Under the pieces are notes generated by a model. It saw nothing but the letters and a program-made list of their open reading frames with translations. It searched no databases and had not been told where the DNA came from. A DNA stretch of 64,000 bases from an uncultured bacterium (GTDB lineage Bacteria; Omnitrophota; Omnitrophia; Omnitrophales; Aquincolibacteriaceae): contig CAYZYT010000003.1 of assembly GCA_964482725.1 (NCBI GenBank), forward strand, positions 116,010-180,009. The letters run 5' to 3'. The translations under genes were made by a program, and so were the position numbers. Each line of letters opens with the position of its first letter. The stretch's first letter is position 1. Shown piece by piece: positions 8,915 to 17,945 of the stretch.

Positions 8915-10405
8915 ATGCTTAGGGACATTGGGTGTTTGAGTAGGGGGACATACGATCTTCTTGTGATCGGCGGCGGGATCAACGGCGCTGCGATCGCGCA
9001 TCTTGCGGCCAAGCGTGGCCTGAAGGTGGCGCTCCTCGAAAAAGGGGACTTCGCGAGCGGAACCTCAAGCAAGTCCACCAAGCTCATTCATGGCGGCATC
9101 CGCTATCTCGAAAATCTTGAAGTCGATCTCGTCTGGGAATCCTTAAGAGAACGCCATATCCAGTTGGAGGTGGCACCGCATCTGGTGAAGCCTCTCCCGT
9201 TCGTGATTCCGGTCTACGAAGGCGACAAGCGGCCGCTTTGGATGATGCAGCTCGGGGTTTTTCTCTACGACCTACTTGCTGGGAAGTATCGAGTGAAGCC
9301 GCGCAAGAATCTCACGCGCGAAGAAGTGATCCGTCTGGAGCCCGGCATTGAACAAAAGGGGCTGAAGGGCGGCGTGCTTTATTATGACGCGCAGATGGAT
9401 GACGCGCGGCTTTGTCTCGAGAACGTTCTGATGTCCGCCCAATACGGCGCGCATGTCGCGAATTATGTGAAGGTGGTATCGTTCGTGAAGGAGAATGGTC
9501 GGGTTGCTGGCGTCAGGGCGCATGACATGCTTGGGATCAAGGAGTTCGAAGTGCGCGCGAAGCGGGTGATTTGTGCGGCCGGACCGTGGACGAACGATCT
9601 GCTGCGCCTGGATATCCCGAACGCGAAGAAAAAAGTCCGTACGACCAAGGGTATTCACATTGTCTACAAAGGCGAGATCTCAAAACACGCCGTCCTGATC
9701 GGCTCGCAAAGCGACCGGCGCATCTTCTTCGTCATTCCCTGGATGGGGAACTCTTTGATCGGTACGACCGACACGGACTATGTTGCGAGTCCTGATAAAG
9801 TGAAGGTAGAGAAAGAGGATATCGATTATCTTGTGAGAGAATCCAAGCGCGTTTTTCCGAAGATCGATCTCAGCTCCGGTAATATCCTTTCAACGTTCGC
9901 AGGCCTCCGGCCGCTGATCCGTCAGGGAGGCTCGCCGCGCAAGGTCTCGCGCAAGCATCTTTTTTATAGCTCGAAGTCCGGCGTTATCTTCGTGGTTGGC
10001 GGCAAATACACGACCTACCGGAAAGTCGCCGAGGATTGCATGAATCGCATCCACCGGATCTATGAAAAAGAAACATTCGCAGTCTATGGCAGCGGAGCTA
10101 TTACGGAAACCGTTGAAGCTGCGGCCGTGCGCTCGGGTCTCGAGAGGGAAGTCGTACAGTCGCTCATGGATCTTTACGGCAGCCGCTACAAAGATGTTCT
10201 GAAACTTATCGAAAAAGATTCCGGGCTTAAGGGAAAGATTTCAGACAACCCGCCTGTGATCAAGGCCCAGCTTGTCTATTCTGTCGAGACCGAAATGGCA
10301 CGGACCGTAGAGGACATCACCGACCGCCGTCTCTCACTCGTTTTCCGTGGCCCCGTCTCTGAAAAGACCCTCTCTGCCATCAAGGTCGCTCTTCCCAAGA
10401 AATAA
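8915..10405 (+). CDS. glpD: FAD-dependent glycerol-3-phosphate dehydrogenase
   Basis: N-terminal FAD fold DLLVIGGGINGAAIAHLAAKRGLKVALLEKGDFASGTSSKSTKLIHGGIRYLE; adjacent to glpK. Confidence 0.9.
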   Translation: MLRDIGCLSRGTYDLLVIGGGINGAAIAHLAAKRGLKVALLEKGDFASGTSSKSTKLIHGGIRYLENLEVDLVWESLRERHIQLEVAPHLVKPLPFVIPVYEGDKRPLWMMQLGVFLYDLLAGKYRVKPRKNLTREEVIRLEPGIEQKGLKGGVLYYDAQMDDARLCLENVLMSAQYGAHVANYVKVVSFVKENGRVAGVRAHDMLGIKEFEVRAKRVICAAGPWTNDLLRLDIPNAKKKVRTTKGIHIVYKGEISKHAVLIGSQSDRRIFFVIPWMGNSLIGTTDTDYVASPDKVKVEKEDIDYLVRESKRVFPKIDLSSGNILSTFAGLRPLIRQGGSPRKVSRKHLFYSSKSGVIFVVGGKYTTYRKVAEDCMNRIHRIYEKETFAVYGSGAITETVEAAAVRSGLEREVVQSLMDLYGSRYKDVLKLIEKDSGLKGKISDNPPVIKAQLVYSVETEMARTVEDITDRRLSLVFRGPVSEKTLSAIKVALPKK

Positions 10406-10420
10406 CAATAAGGAGAAAAT

Positions 10421-10750
10421 ATGGGATCAAACTGGAAACACGCAGTCACTGTTTATACGAAGACAGCGAAACTGTTTTATGCGGTTTCTGTGTTTTTGCT
10501 AATTATTCCTGCGGCATGCTTGCCGGTAACTAGAAATATGTTTAAATGGAATTTTCCAGCATGGAAATGGCTTCAGGATTTTGCGCAGGCTCCGCAGGGG
10601 AACTTTCTTAAATTTCCGGCAGCATTATGGCTGCTGGGCGTTGCTTTTTTTATATTGGCTGTGACCGTCAATATATTTGATCATTATTATCGAAGATCGA
10701 GAAAGGAAGATTTTAAAGAAGGCGGCCTTCTGAAAGATGCTCAGAAATAG
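10421..10750 (+). CDS. Small hypothetical membrane protein (2 TM), low-GC island
   Basis: 109-aa ORF with GGAG RBS, two hydrophobic helices and a Trp-rich loop. Local GC is markedly lower (~40%) than its surroundings. Confidence 0.45.
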   Translation: MGSNWKHAVTVYTKTAKLFYAVSVFLLIIPAACLPVTRNMFKWNFPAWKWLQDFAQAPQGNFLKFPAALWLLGVAFFILAVTVNIFDHYYRRSRKEDFKEGGLLKDAQK

Positions 10751-11016
10751 GTTGGTTGATACTCCGCGGACGGTTTAGTTTTTCTTGCACAAAACCTCTT
10801 CTGTCATTCAGTCGGTCCTTCCCAAGATGTAAGCCCTAGCATACCTTCCTGATTGAGTTCGCGGGATTTTGTGGTAGGATACGCCCTCTAGCAAAGGGGG
10901 GAAGGCCCCTTTGCCCGGTCAACGTACAACGGACAACGAAGATGACGTTGACCGTTGATCGTTGCGCCCGCAAATGGCGTTGTCCCCCATTAATTCACTC
11001 TTACGGAAGTTTTATC

Positions 11017-12639
11017 ATGATCTCAGCGAATGGTGTTACTTTACAATACGGGAAACGCGTGCTCTTCGAGAACGTGAATATCATGTTCTCGCCAGGGAAT
11101 TGCTATGGCTTGATCGGGGCCAATGGCTCCGGGAAGTCCACGTTCCTGAAGATCCTCGCGGGCCTGCTCGAGTCCAATGCCGGATCCGTGGCCGTGGGGA
11201 AGAACGAGCGCATTTCCTTCCTGAAACAGGACCAGTTTGCCTATGACGAATATACGGTCCTGACGACGGTTATCATGGGCCACGAGCGGCTTTATAACAT
11301 TATCAAAGAAAAAGACGCAATCTATGCCAAGCCCGATTTCTCGGACGCGGACGGCATCCGGACCGCGGAGTTGGAGCATGAATTCGCGGATATGAGCGGC
11401 TGGGACGCGGAGCCCGAGGCCGCGAAACTTCTGAGTGACCTTGGGATCCCGGACGCCATGCATCAAATCCCTATGAAGCAGCTCGAGGCGAGCGAGAAGG
11501 TGCGCGTGCTTCTGGCGCAGGCGCTTTTCGGAAATCCCGATGTCCTGCTTCTCGACGAACCAACGAACCACCTCGATGTCGAGACCTGCATGTGGCTTGA
11601 GGATTTCCTTTATGAGTTCAAAAATACAGCCATCGTCGTCTCGCACGATCGCCATTTCCTCGACCGGGTCTGCACCCATATCGCGGATATCGATTACGGG
11701 AAGATACAGCTTTTTACAGGCAATTTCACATTTTGGTCGGAATCCAGTCAGCTTGCGCTCCGTCAGAAGAACGAAGCGAATAAGGACACCGAAGCCCGGC
11801 GCAAGGAACTTCAGGCTTTCATCGCGCGGTTCAGCGCGAACGCGTCGAAAGCCCGGCAGGCTACGTCGCGCAGAAAACTGCTGGAAAAGCTGACGCTCGA
11901 GGATATCAAACCGTCTTCTCGAAAATACCCTTATGTGGCGTTCAAGTATGAAAAGGATTCCGGCAACGATCTTCTGGAGATCGAAGGATTGGAGAAGTCG
12001 ATCGAAGGGGAGGTGCAGTTCACCGGACTCAATCTCCGGATCGATAAAGGCGACAAGATCGCGTTCCTCGGGCCGCTCGACCGTGTGAAGACCACGCTTT
12101 TTCAGGTGCTTATGGGGGAACTCGCGGCAGACAAAGGGGTTTTTAAGTGGGGAGCCTCCACGACGCGGGCTTATTATCCGAAAGAGAACGGAAAATATTT
12201 TGAAACAGATCTCTCCCTCGTCGATTGGCTGCGCCAGTTCTCCAAAGAAACGGATGAAAATTTTATCCGGGGATTTCTCGGGCGCATGCTCTTCTCGGGC
12301 GAAGAGTCACTTAAGAAAGCCTCGGTGCTTTCCGGAGGCGAGAGGGTTCGTTGCATGCTTTCCCGCATGATGCTTGTCGGGGCAAACGTAGTCATCCTGG
12401 ACGAACCGACGAACCATTTGGACCTGGAGTCCATCACCTCACTCAATAAAGGCCTCGAGACTTTCAACGGCACCGTGCTTTTTTCCTCGCATGACCATCA
12501 ATTCGTCCAGACCGTGGCCAATCGCATTATTGAGCTTACGCCCCGCGGCATGATCGATCGCCGGGATATCACCCTGGACGATTACCTCGCCAATCCCGAG
12601 CTGAAAGCCAAACGCGCCGCACTTTACGCCAAAGTCTGA
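11017..12639 (+). CDS. ABC-F family ATPase (tandem ABC ATP-binding cassettes, no TMD; EttA/Uup/YbiT-like)
   Basis: Two Walker A motifs (GANGSGKST; second cassette), linker and ABC signature; start set at the ATG preceded by GGAAG. Confidence 0.85.
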   Translation: MISANGVTLQYGKRVLFENVNIMFSPGNCYGLIGANGSGKSTFLKILAGLLESNAGSVAVGKNERISFLKQDQFAYDEYTVLTTVIMGHERLYNIIKEKDAIYAKPDFSDADGIRTAELEHEFADMSGWDAEPEAAKLLSDLGIPDAMHQIPMKQLEASEKVRVLLAQALFGNPDVLLLDEPTNHLDVETCMWLEDFLYEFKNTAIVVSHDRHFLDRVCTHIADIDYGKIQLFTGNFTFWSESSQLALRQKNEANKDTEARRKELQAFIARFSANASKARQATSRRKLLEKLTLEDIKPSSRKYPYVAFKYEKDSGNDLLEIEGLEKSIEGEVQFTGLNLRIDKGDKIAFLGPLDRVKTTLFQVLMGELAADKGVFKWGASTTRAYYPKENGKYFETDLSLVDWLRQFSKETDENFIRGFLGRMLFSGEESLKKASVLSGGERVRCMLSRMMLVGANVVILDEPTNHLDLESITSLNKGLETFNGTVLFSSHDHQFVQTVANRIIELTPRGMIDRRDITLDDYLANPELKAKRAALYAKV

Positions 12640-12747
12640 CCGTTTCAAGCTTTTAGCGGTGGCCTATAAACGCTATACTACGCATCATGCTGTTCCGACT
12701 TTTGGGGCTTCACTGATTTCCAAAAAATCTTTTTAAATGAGGATTCT

Positions 12748-14406
12748 GTGCTAACCCAACTTCATATTAAAAATTTCGCGCTGATCGAAGATCTGACCCT
12801 TGAATTCTCCGGGCAGATGAATGTGCTCACCGGGGAGACGGGCGCGGGTAAATCTATTTTAATCGACGCGATCCGGTTCGTTTTGGGAGAACGCATGGAC
12901 GGACTCCGGGTCGAGGTCCAGGATAAGCCCTGCCAGGTGGAAGCCGCGTTTGAGCTCCCAAAGGCCTTTCTCAAAAATCAATCCGCTCTTGAACCGTATC
13001 TCGCTGAAGAGGATCTGCTTATCCTGCGCCGGGAATTTTCTCAAGGCAAGACCCGCGCCTGGATCAATAACCGATTGGTTTCGCGCACTCTTTTGAAAGA
13101 AGCCGGCGCTTATCTTATCGATATCCATGGTCAGCATGATCACCAACGACTTCTCGATAGCGGGTCTCACCTTGATATCCTTGACCGTCTCGCAAACGTG
13201 GAAGCGCTGAAGGAAAGTTACCGGACTCTTTATGAACAGTATGCCCGCCTGATCCAAGGACAGGAAGAGCTGGCTTCGCTTGAGCAGAACAAGGAGCGGG
13301 AGTTGGACGTGCTTAAATACCAGATGGATGAGATCGAGCGGGCGGAGATCAAAGATCTTAGTGAGGAAGCCCTGGAGCTTGAACGCATGCGGCTCGCGAA
13401 TGCTGAAAGGCTTTCGGAGATAGTGTCTCATGCCCTTGCGGTCTTGGATGAGAATGAGATCAATGCGGATAGTTTTTTGTCCGAAGCGGTTCGCGATCTT
13501 AAGGGGTTGGTCAAATTCGACAGCTCGGTTGAGAAAACAAAAACCGATTGCGAGAACGTCCAGTATTCCTTGCAGGAAACGGTCCAGGCGCTCCGGGACT
13601 ATAGAGACAAACTCACGTTTGATCCGGATCGTCTCCGGGAGCTTGAAAAAAAAGCGGATCTCCTGGATCATCTCAAGCGGAAATATGGCGGCACCCATGC
13701 CAAGGTGCTTGAGTTCTACCGGGAGGCGAAGGCAAAATATGAAAAATTAATCGATATGGAAATGACTCAAAGCGATCTTCAAAAAGATCTGCGGGACCTG
13801 GAGCCGAAACTTCGTGAGGCCGCGCTGAAGTTCTCCGAGAAACGGAAAAAGGCAGGGGGGCTTCTTAAAAAGACGATCGAATTCGAGCTGAAGGACCTTC
13901 AGATCGCGCACGCGGAGTTTGAGGTGCGCATCGAAAAGACGGATTTCTCAGCGACCGGGATGGATCGCGTGGAATTTATGGCGCGCATGAATCCGGGCCA
14001 GCCGATGCTCGCGATCGCAAAGATCATTTCCGGCGGCGAGGCTTCCCGCGTGATGCTTGCCATGAAAAAAGCGCTTATGGAAGTTGACCCCGTGCCTGTC
14101 CTTATCTTTGATGAGATCGATACCAATATCGGAGGTCGTCTGGGGCAGGTCACCGGCCAGAAGCTCAAAAGCATCTCCGGAGAGCGGCAGGTGCTGCTCG
14201 TGACCCATCTTCCGCAGATCGCGTCTTTTGCGGACCGGCACATCAAGGTCACGAAGTCTGTGCAAAAGGGCCGGACTCTGGTTCAGTATCAGATGTTGGA
14301 AGGAGAGGACAAGGTTCGTGAATTGGCGCAGATGATGAGCGGGCAGCAGGAAAGTGAGATTTCGCGCCGTCATGCCCAAGAAATGCTCAGCCGCGCGAAT
14401 TCCTGA
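12748..14406 (+). CDS. recN: DNA repair protein RecN
   Basis: GTG start with GAGGA RBS; MLTQLHIKNFALIEDLTLEFSGQMNVLTGETGAGKSILIDAI... SMC-like coiled-coil protein, 552 aa. Confidence 0.9.
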   Translation: MLTQLHIKNFALIEDLTLEFSGQMNVLTGETGAGKSILIDAIRFVLGERMDGLRVEVQDKPCQVEAAFELPKAFLKNQSALEPYLAEEDLLILRREFSQGKTRAWINNRLVSRTLLKEAGAYLIDIHGQHDHQRLLDSGSHLDILDRLANVEALKESYRTLYEQYARLIQGQEELASLEQNKERELDVLKYQMDEIERAEIKDLSEEALELERMRLANAERLSEIVSHALAVLDENEINADSFLSEAVRDLKGLVKFDSSVEKTKTDCENVQYSLQETVQALRDYRDKLTFDPDRLRELEKKADLLDHLKRKYGGTHAKVLEFYREAKAKYEKLIDMEMTQSDLQKDLRDLEPKLREAALKFSEKRKKAGGLLKKTIEFELKDLQIAHAEFEVRIEKTDFSATGMDRVEFMARMNPGQPMLAIAKIISGGEASRVMLAMKKALMEVDPVPVLIFDEIDTNIGGRLGQVTGQKLKSISGERQVLLVTHLPQIASFADRHIKVTKSVQKGRTLVQYQMLEGEDKVRELAQMMSGQQESEISRRHAQEMLSRANS

Positions 14407-14446
14407 AGAGGGTGACGAAGAGGGTAAGACAAAGGAAGTGCGTTCC

Positions 14447-14746
14447 ATGGCAAAACTAACAAGTGGGCCGGGCTGGTCTCTGAGTGCTGACGAGCCGTCT
14501 CCCGTGATCAAAAAAGAGAATCCGAACACGCCCAAGCCTGTCGTTCGTTTGGAAAAAAGAGTCGGGAAATACGTGACGGTGGTTTCCGGTCTCCACACCT
14601 ACGGTTCCGAGAGGCTGAATGGCATGGCGAAGGAGTGGAAAACGTTTTGTGGGACCGGAGGCACGGTCAAGAACGGAACGATCGAGATCCAGGGGGATCG
14701 GGTTAAGACGATTCAGGAATGGTTTTTAAAGAAGGCTTCCCGGTAA
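14447..14746 (+). CDS. yciH: SUI1/YciH-family translation initiation factor-like protein
   Basis: AAGGAAG RBS; core ..KRVGKYVTVVSGL...KEWKTFCGTGGTVKNGTIEIQGDRVKTIQEW.. typical of SUI1/eIF1 fold proteins. Confidence 0.75.
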   Translation: MAKLTSGPGWSLSADEPSPVIKKENPNTPKPVVRLEKRVGKYVTVVSGLHTYGSERLNGMAKEWKTFCGTGGTVKNGTIEIQGDRVKTIQEWFLKKASR

Positions 14747-15023
14747 TTTTTTATTGAAATAAATCATTGGAGATGAGTCGTTCTTTTCCCCCCGACGGAT
14801 CTTCGCTTTGTCCTGACTTTCACCCTCCGCGCGGCTCCTTAAGCCGGGGCTTACCCCCTTCATCCAATCTCCGCGGTTGGGAAAGGTCGCGGTAGGTTTT
14901 GACGCAGGGTCGCAGGCAGGATACAATCCATCCGCTACAGGATGTTCATTAATTTTAAGGAAGCGACAATCATGATTAGCATTGCTTCCTTAATTTAAAA
15001 AAGTGAAATGAGAGCCAGGGCTT

Positions 15024-15806
15024 ATGTTGACCGACATGCATCTTCATTTACAGGATATTCCGGACCTTCACATGTGCAAGAGTGTTTTGGCTCTGGCGCA
15101 GGATCTTCGGGTAGGGCAATTTGTGTGCAATGGCACCCGGCCGGAGGATTGGCCGGCGGTGGAAAAGTTTGCGCAAGAGGACCGGCGGGTCGTGCCGTTC
15201 TTCGGGGTCCATCCCTGGTATGCAGGCAAGCTCCCGGTGGATTGGTACAAAACGCTTGAGGATTTTTTAAAAAGAAATCCGGCGGCGGGGGTCGGCGAGG
15301 TGGGTCTCGATAAGGTGCGGAATGTGGATCTTGCGCGGCAGACCGAGGTATTTCACCGCCAGCTCGAGATCGCCGGCCGTTTGGCGCGGCCGTTGGCGAT
15401 CCACTGCGTTCGGGCGTGGAGCGACCTTGTGAATGTCCTGAAAAGAAGTCTTCCTCCCAAGACGCGTTTCATGGTCCACTCCTTTCAAGGTTCCCCGCAA
15501 GTATTGAAAGATCTTTTAAACCTCGGGGCCTATATCTCGTTCTCATGGAAAAGTCTCCAGCGTGACAGCGAGGAATCGATCGCGCTGATGCGCGGCGTGC
15601 CGCTCGACCGGTTGCTTCTTGAAACAGATTTTCCTTATACGGAACCGGGACGTATCGGCGCCGATGTGCATGATGAGAAATATTACGAAACGCTCCAGGG
15701 GGTTTATGATCTTGCGGAGCGCGCCAAAGGGGTCGATGTTGAAGCTTTAGAGAAAGCGGTGTGGTCGAATGGAACGGCTTTTCTGTCTGGAGCTTCTGCT
15801 CGGTAA
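15024..15806 (+). CDS. tatD: TatD-family metal-dependent hydrolase/DNase
   Basis: MLTDMHLHLQD... plus conserved HCVRAW, HSFQGS and ETDFPY motifs of TatD. Confidence 0.85.
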   Translation: MLTDMHLHLQDIPDLHMCKSVLALAQDLRVGQFVCNGTRPEDWPAVEKFAQEDRRVVPFFGVHPWYAGKLPVDWYKTLEDFLKRNPAAGVGEVGLDKVRNVDLARQTEVFHRQLEIAGRLARPLAIHCVRAWSDLVNVLKRSLPPKTRFMVHSFQGSPQVLKDLLNLGAYISFSWKSLQRDSEESIALMRGVPLDRLLLETDFPYTEPGRIGADVHDEKYYETLQGVYDLAERAKGVDVEALEKAVWSNGTAFLSGASAR

Positions 15807-16518
15807 GGAAAAGGTCGAGCGGCTCAAAAAGGCTTTTGTGGTGGTGATCGGGATCGGCGCGGTGGGAAGCTACGCGACCGAGGCTCTCGCGCGTTCCGGT
15901 ATTGGCCGCCTGCGGCTTGTGGATTTTGACACGATCAAAGTGACCAATTTCAACCGCCATATCCTCGCGATCACTCCCAATCTCGGAAAACTCAAGGCGG
16001 AAGCCGCCAAAGAACGCATTGCCCAGATCAATCCCCATTGCAAGGTCGAGGTCGTGAGCGAATTTGCGGCCGAGGAAACGATGGGCCGCATCACAGAAGG
16101 GCGGCCGGACCTTGTGATTGATGCCGTGGATTCTCTGAACCCCAAAGTCCAGATCCTCGCCTACTGCCATGAGAAGAAGATCCCCGTGATCTCTTCGATG
16201 GGCGCTGCGCTCCGTATGAATATCTTTTCGATCAAAGCCGGGGATCTTTTTAAAACAACCGGTTGTCCGCTTGCCCGCTATGTTCGTTCCCGTCTCCGGC
16301 GGCGTGGAATCCAGAAGGGGATCTTCTGCATTTATTCCGATACGCCGGTTTCCGAGGAGCCCATCCAGAAGACGAACATTCTCAACGAAGAGCAGGATCA
16401 TGACCGCGGACGGAAACGGCAAAAATTGGGTAGCACGCCCACGGTGACCGGCGCCTTCGGTCTTGCCGTCGCTCATCACGCTCTTCTCCATCTGGTCGGC
16501 GATCTCAAACTCGGCTGA
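15769..16518 (+). CDS. tcdA: tRNA threonylcarbamoyladenosine dehydratase (TcdA/CsdL, ThiF/E1-like)
   Basis: Rossmann motif VVVIGIGAVGSYATEALARSGIGRLRLVDFDTIKVTNFNRH; overlaps the tatD 3' end by 38 nt. Confidence 0.8.
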   Translation: MERLFCLELLLGKEKVERLKKAFVVVIGIGAVGSYATEALARSGIGRLRLVDFDTIKVTNFNRHILAITPNLGKLKAEAAKERIAQINPHCKVEVVSEFAAEETMGRITEGRPDLVIDAVDSLNPKVQILAYCHEKKIPVISSMGAALRMNIFSIKAGDLFKTTGCPLARYVRSRLRRRGIQKGIFCIYSDTPVSEEPIQKTNILNEEQDHDRGRKRQKLGSTPTVTGAFGLAVAHHALLHLVGDLKLG

Positions 16519-16603
16519 TCCCTGCTTTTTAAAGTGACTTTGCGGGAAGGTCTGATATACTTCGCGGCATGAATAATTTGCATAATGAATTAATGGAGGG
16601 ACT

Positions 16604-17041
16604 ATGAGCCGTTTGAGCCTGGAAGCTTTTGCGGACCGAGCGACCGAGATCTTTCCGCAGTTGGTTCGCGGTATGACCCGGCACGAGAATAATTATCTGA
16701 CCAAGGGGGTTGTTACGCTGCCCCAAGTCTGGGCCCTAAGGTATCTGTCCCGGCAACCTGAATGCCCGATGCGTGAACTTGCGGATTTCATGAAGATGGG
16801 GCTTTCCTCTGTGACCGGACTGGTGGACCGCCTTGTGAAGCAGGGGCTTGCGGTGCGGAGGCGGACTGAAAAAGACCGGCGGGTTGTTTTTGTGGAAATT
16901 ACCGCCAAAGGGCGCAAAGCTCTCAAAGAGATCTTGGATCAACGGCGCAAGACGACTCTGAATCTTTTTGAATCGCTCACTTCCGAAGAGAGATCGACCT
17001 ATTTGTGTATTCTTGAAAAGCTTGTCAAAAAGCTTTGTTGA
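16604..17041 (+). CDS. MarR-family transcriptional regulator
   Basis: Winged HTH LPQVWALRYLSRQPECPMRELADFMKMGLSSVTGLVDRLVKQGLAVRRRTEKDRRVVFVEITAKGRKAL. Confidence 0.85.
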   Translation: MSRLSLEAFADRATEIFPQLVRGMTRHENNYLTKGVVTLPQVWALRYLSRQPECPMRELADFMKMGLSSVTGLVDRLVKQGLAVRRRTEKDRRVVFVEITAKGRKALKEILDQRRKTTLNLFESLTSEERSTYLCILEKLVKKLC

Positions 17042-17080
17042 AATAAATACGGATTTAGCTAAAAAACGGAGTTTGTTTTT

Positions 17081-17869
17081 ATGAGTCAGCCTCAAAGTCC
17101 CGCGCCGAAATCGCCGACTTCACATCTTCATGTGATCAACCTTGTCGTCGCGTTGCTTGCCGGGGTGATTTCGATCACGGGCGGGATCTATTCTCTCAAG
17201 AACAACCTTTTTTCAGGGCCGGCCTACGGAAGCCTCCAGGGGATCGTTCGGGATGAAAGGATCGCAAAGCCCCTCAAACTCGCATCGGTTGAGATCGCCG
17301 ACCTGGCCGGGGCCGTGGTGAATACCGCAGCGACAGACGATAACGGGCATTATTTGGTCGAGGCGCTCAAGACCGGAAATTATGTCGTGAAATTTACGGC
17401 GCCGCTCCATAAGGTCGAAACCAAGACCATCAAGATCGAGAAGGATCTCACGTCTTCGATCCATGTAGACCTTGTCCCGGAGGTTCCGCAGACGAACCTG
17501 CCGTCCGTCGAATCCGTGGTCGCCATGCCGCAAAATATTCGAGCGCCTTACGTTCCAGCGACGACTTATCAGGCGACCGCTCCTGTCGTGACCGGCTACA
17601 ACGTTCCAACGAATGTTGCTTCTGTTCCGATGGCCTCTCCGACCTATTCTCACACAGAACCAGTGCAAGACCCGTCACTTTCCGGTCCGCCGCGCCAGGG
17701 TTCTCGACGGCATCCCCGTCGCAGTTACTCCGGGGATTCCACCGCCGGTTCGTCTGCCACTTCTCAGACTACTTCCCAGGGAAGTGCTTTTGCGGAGACA
17801 GGCGCGCAGTTGCTTCAAGCCTTGCTGAGCAAGAAATCAGACACCAGCTCATCGACGACATCGAATTGA
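17081..17869 (+). CDS. Membrane-anchored protein with carboxypeptidase-regulatory-like (CarboxypepD_reg) beta-sandwich domain and S/T/P-rich tail
   Basis: N-terminal TM helix, then GSLQGIVRDE...VEIADLAGAVVNTAATDDNGHYLVEALKTGNYVVKFTAPLHK matching CarboxypepD_reg; low-complexity Ser/Thr/Pro C-terminus. Confidence 0.6.
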   Translation: MSQPQSPAPKSPTSHLHVINLVVALLAGVISITGGIYSLKNNLFSGPAYGSLQGIVRDERIAKPLKLASVEIADLAGAVVNTAATDDNGHYLVEALKTGNYVVKFTAPLHKVETKTIKIEKDLTSSIHVDLVPEVPQTNLPSVESVVAMPQNIRAPYVPATTYQATAPVVTGYNVPTNVASVPMASPTYSHTEPVQDPSLSGPPRQGSRRHPRRSYSGDSTAGSSATSQTTSQGSAFAETGAQLLQALLSKKSDTSSSTTSN

Positions 17870-17945
17870 TCGGGAAGGTTTGCGCTTTTTTGTCCCACAG
17901 GGACTGCAAAAAACGCTGTCATTCCCGCATGCTTTAACAAAGTTT

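Noticed and set aside
12859-13698. 279-aa minus-strand ORF inside recN
   Set aside because: Antisense to the RecN coiled-coil region; no independent support.
14750-15023. 270-nt gap after yciH with hairpins (aggaagc...gcttcct) as a possible sRNA
   Set aside because: Only weak structure, no terminator U-tract and no recognisable family signature; left unannotated.
15469-16491. 340-aa minus-strand ORF antisense to tatD/tcdA
   Set aside because: Antisense to two genes with clear conserved motifs; arginine-rich shadow ORF.
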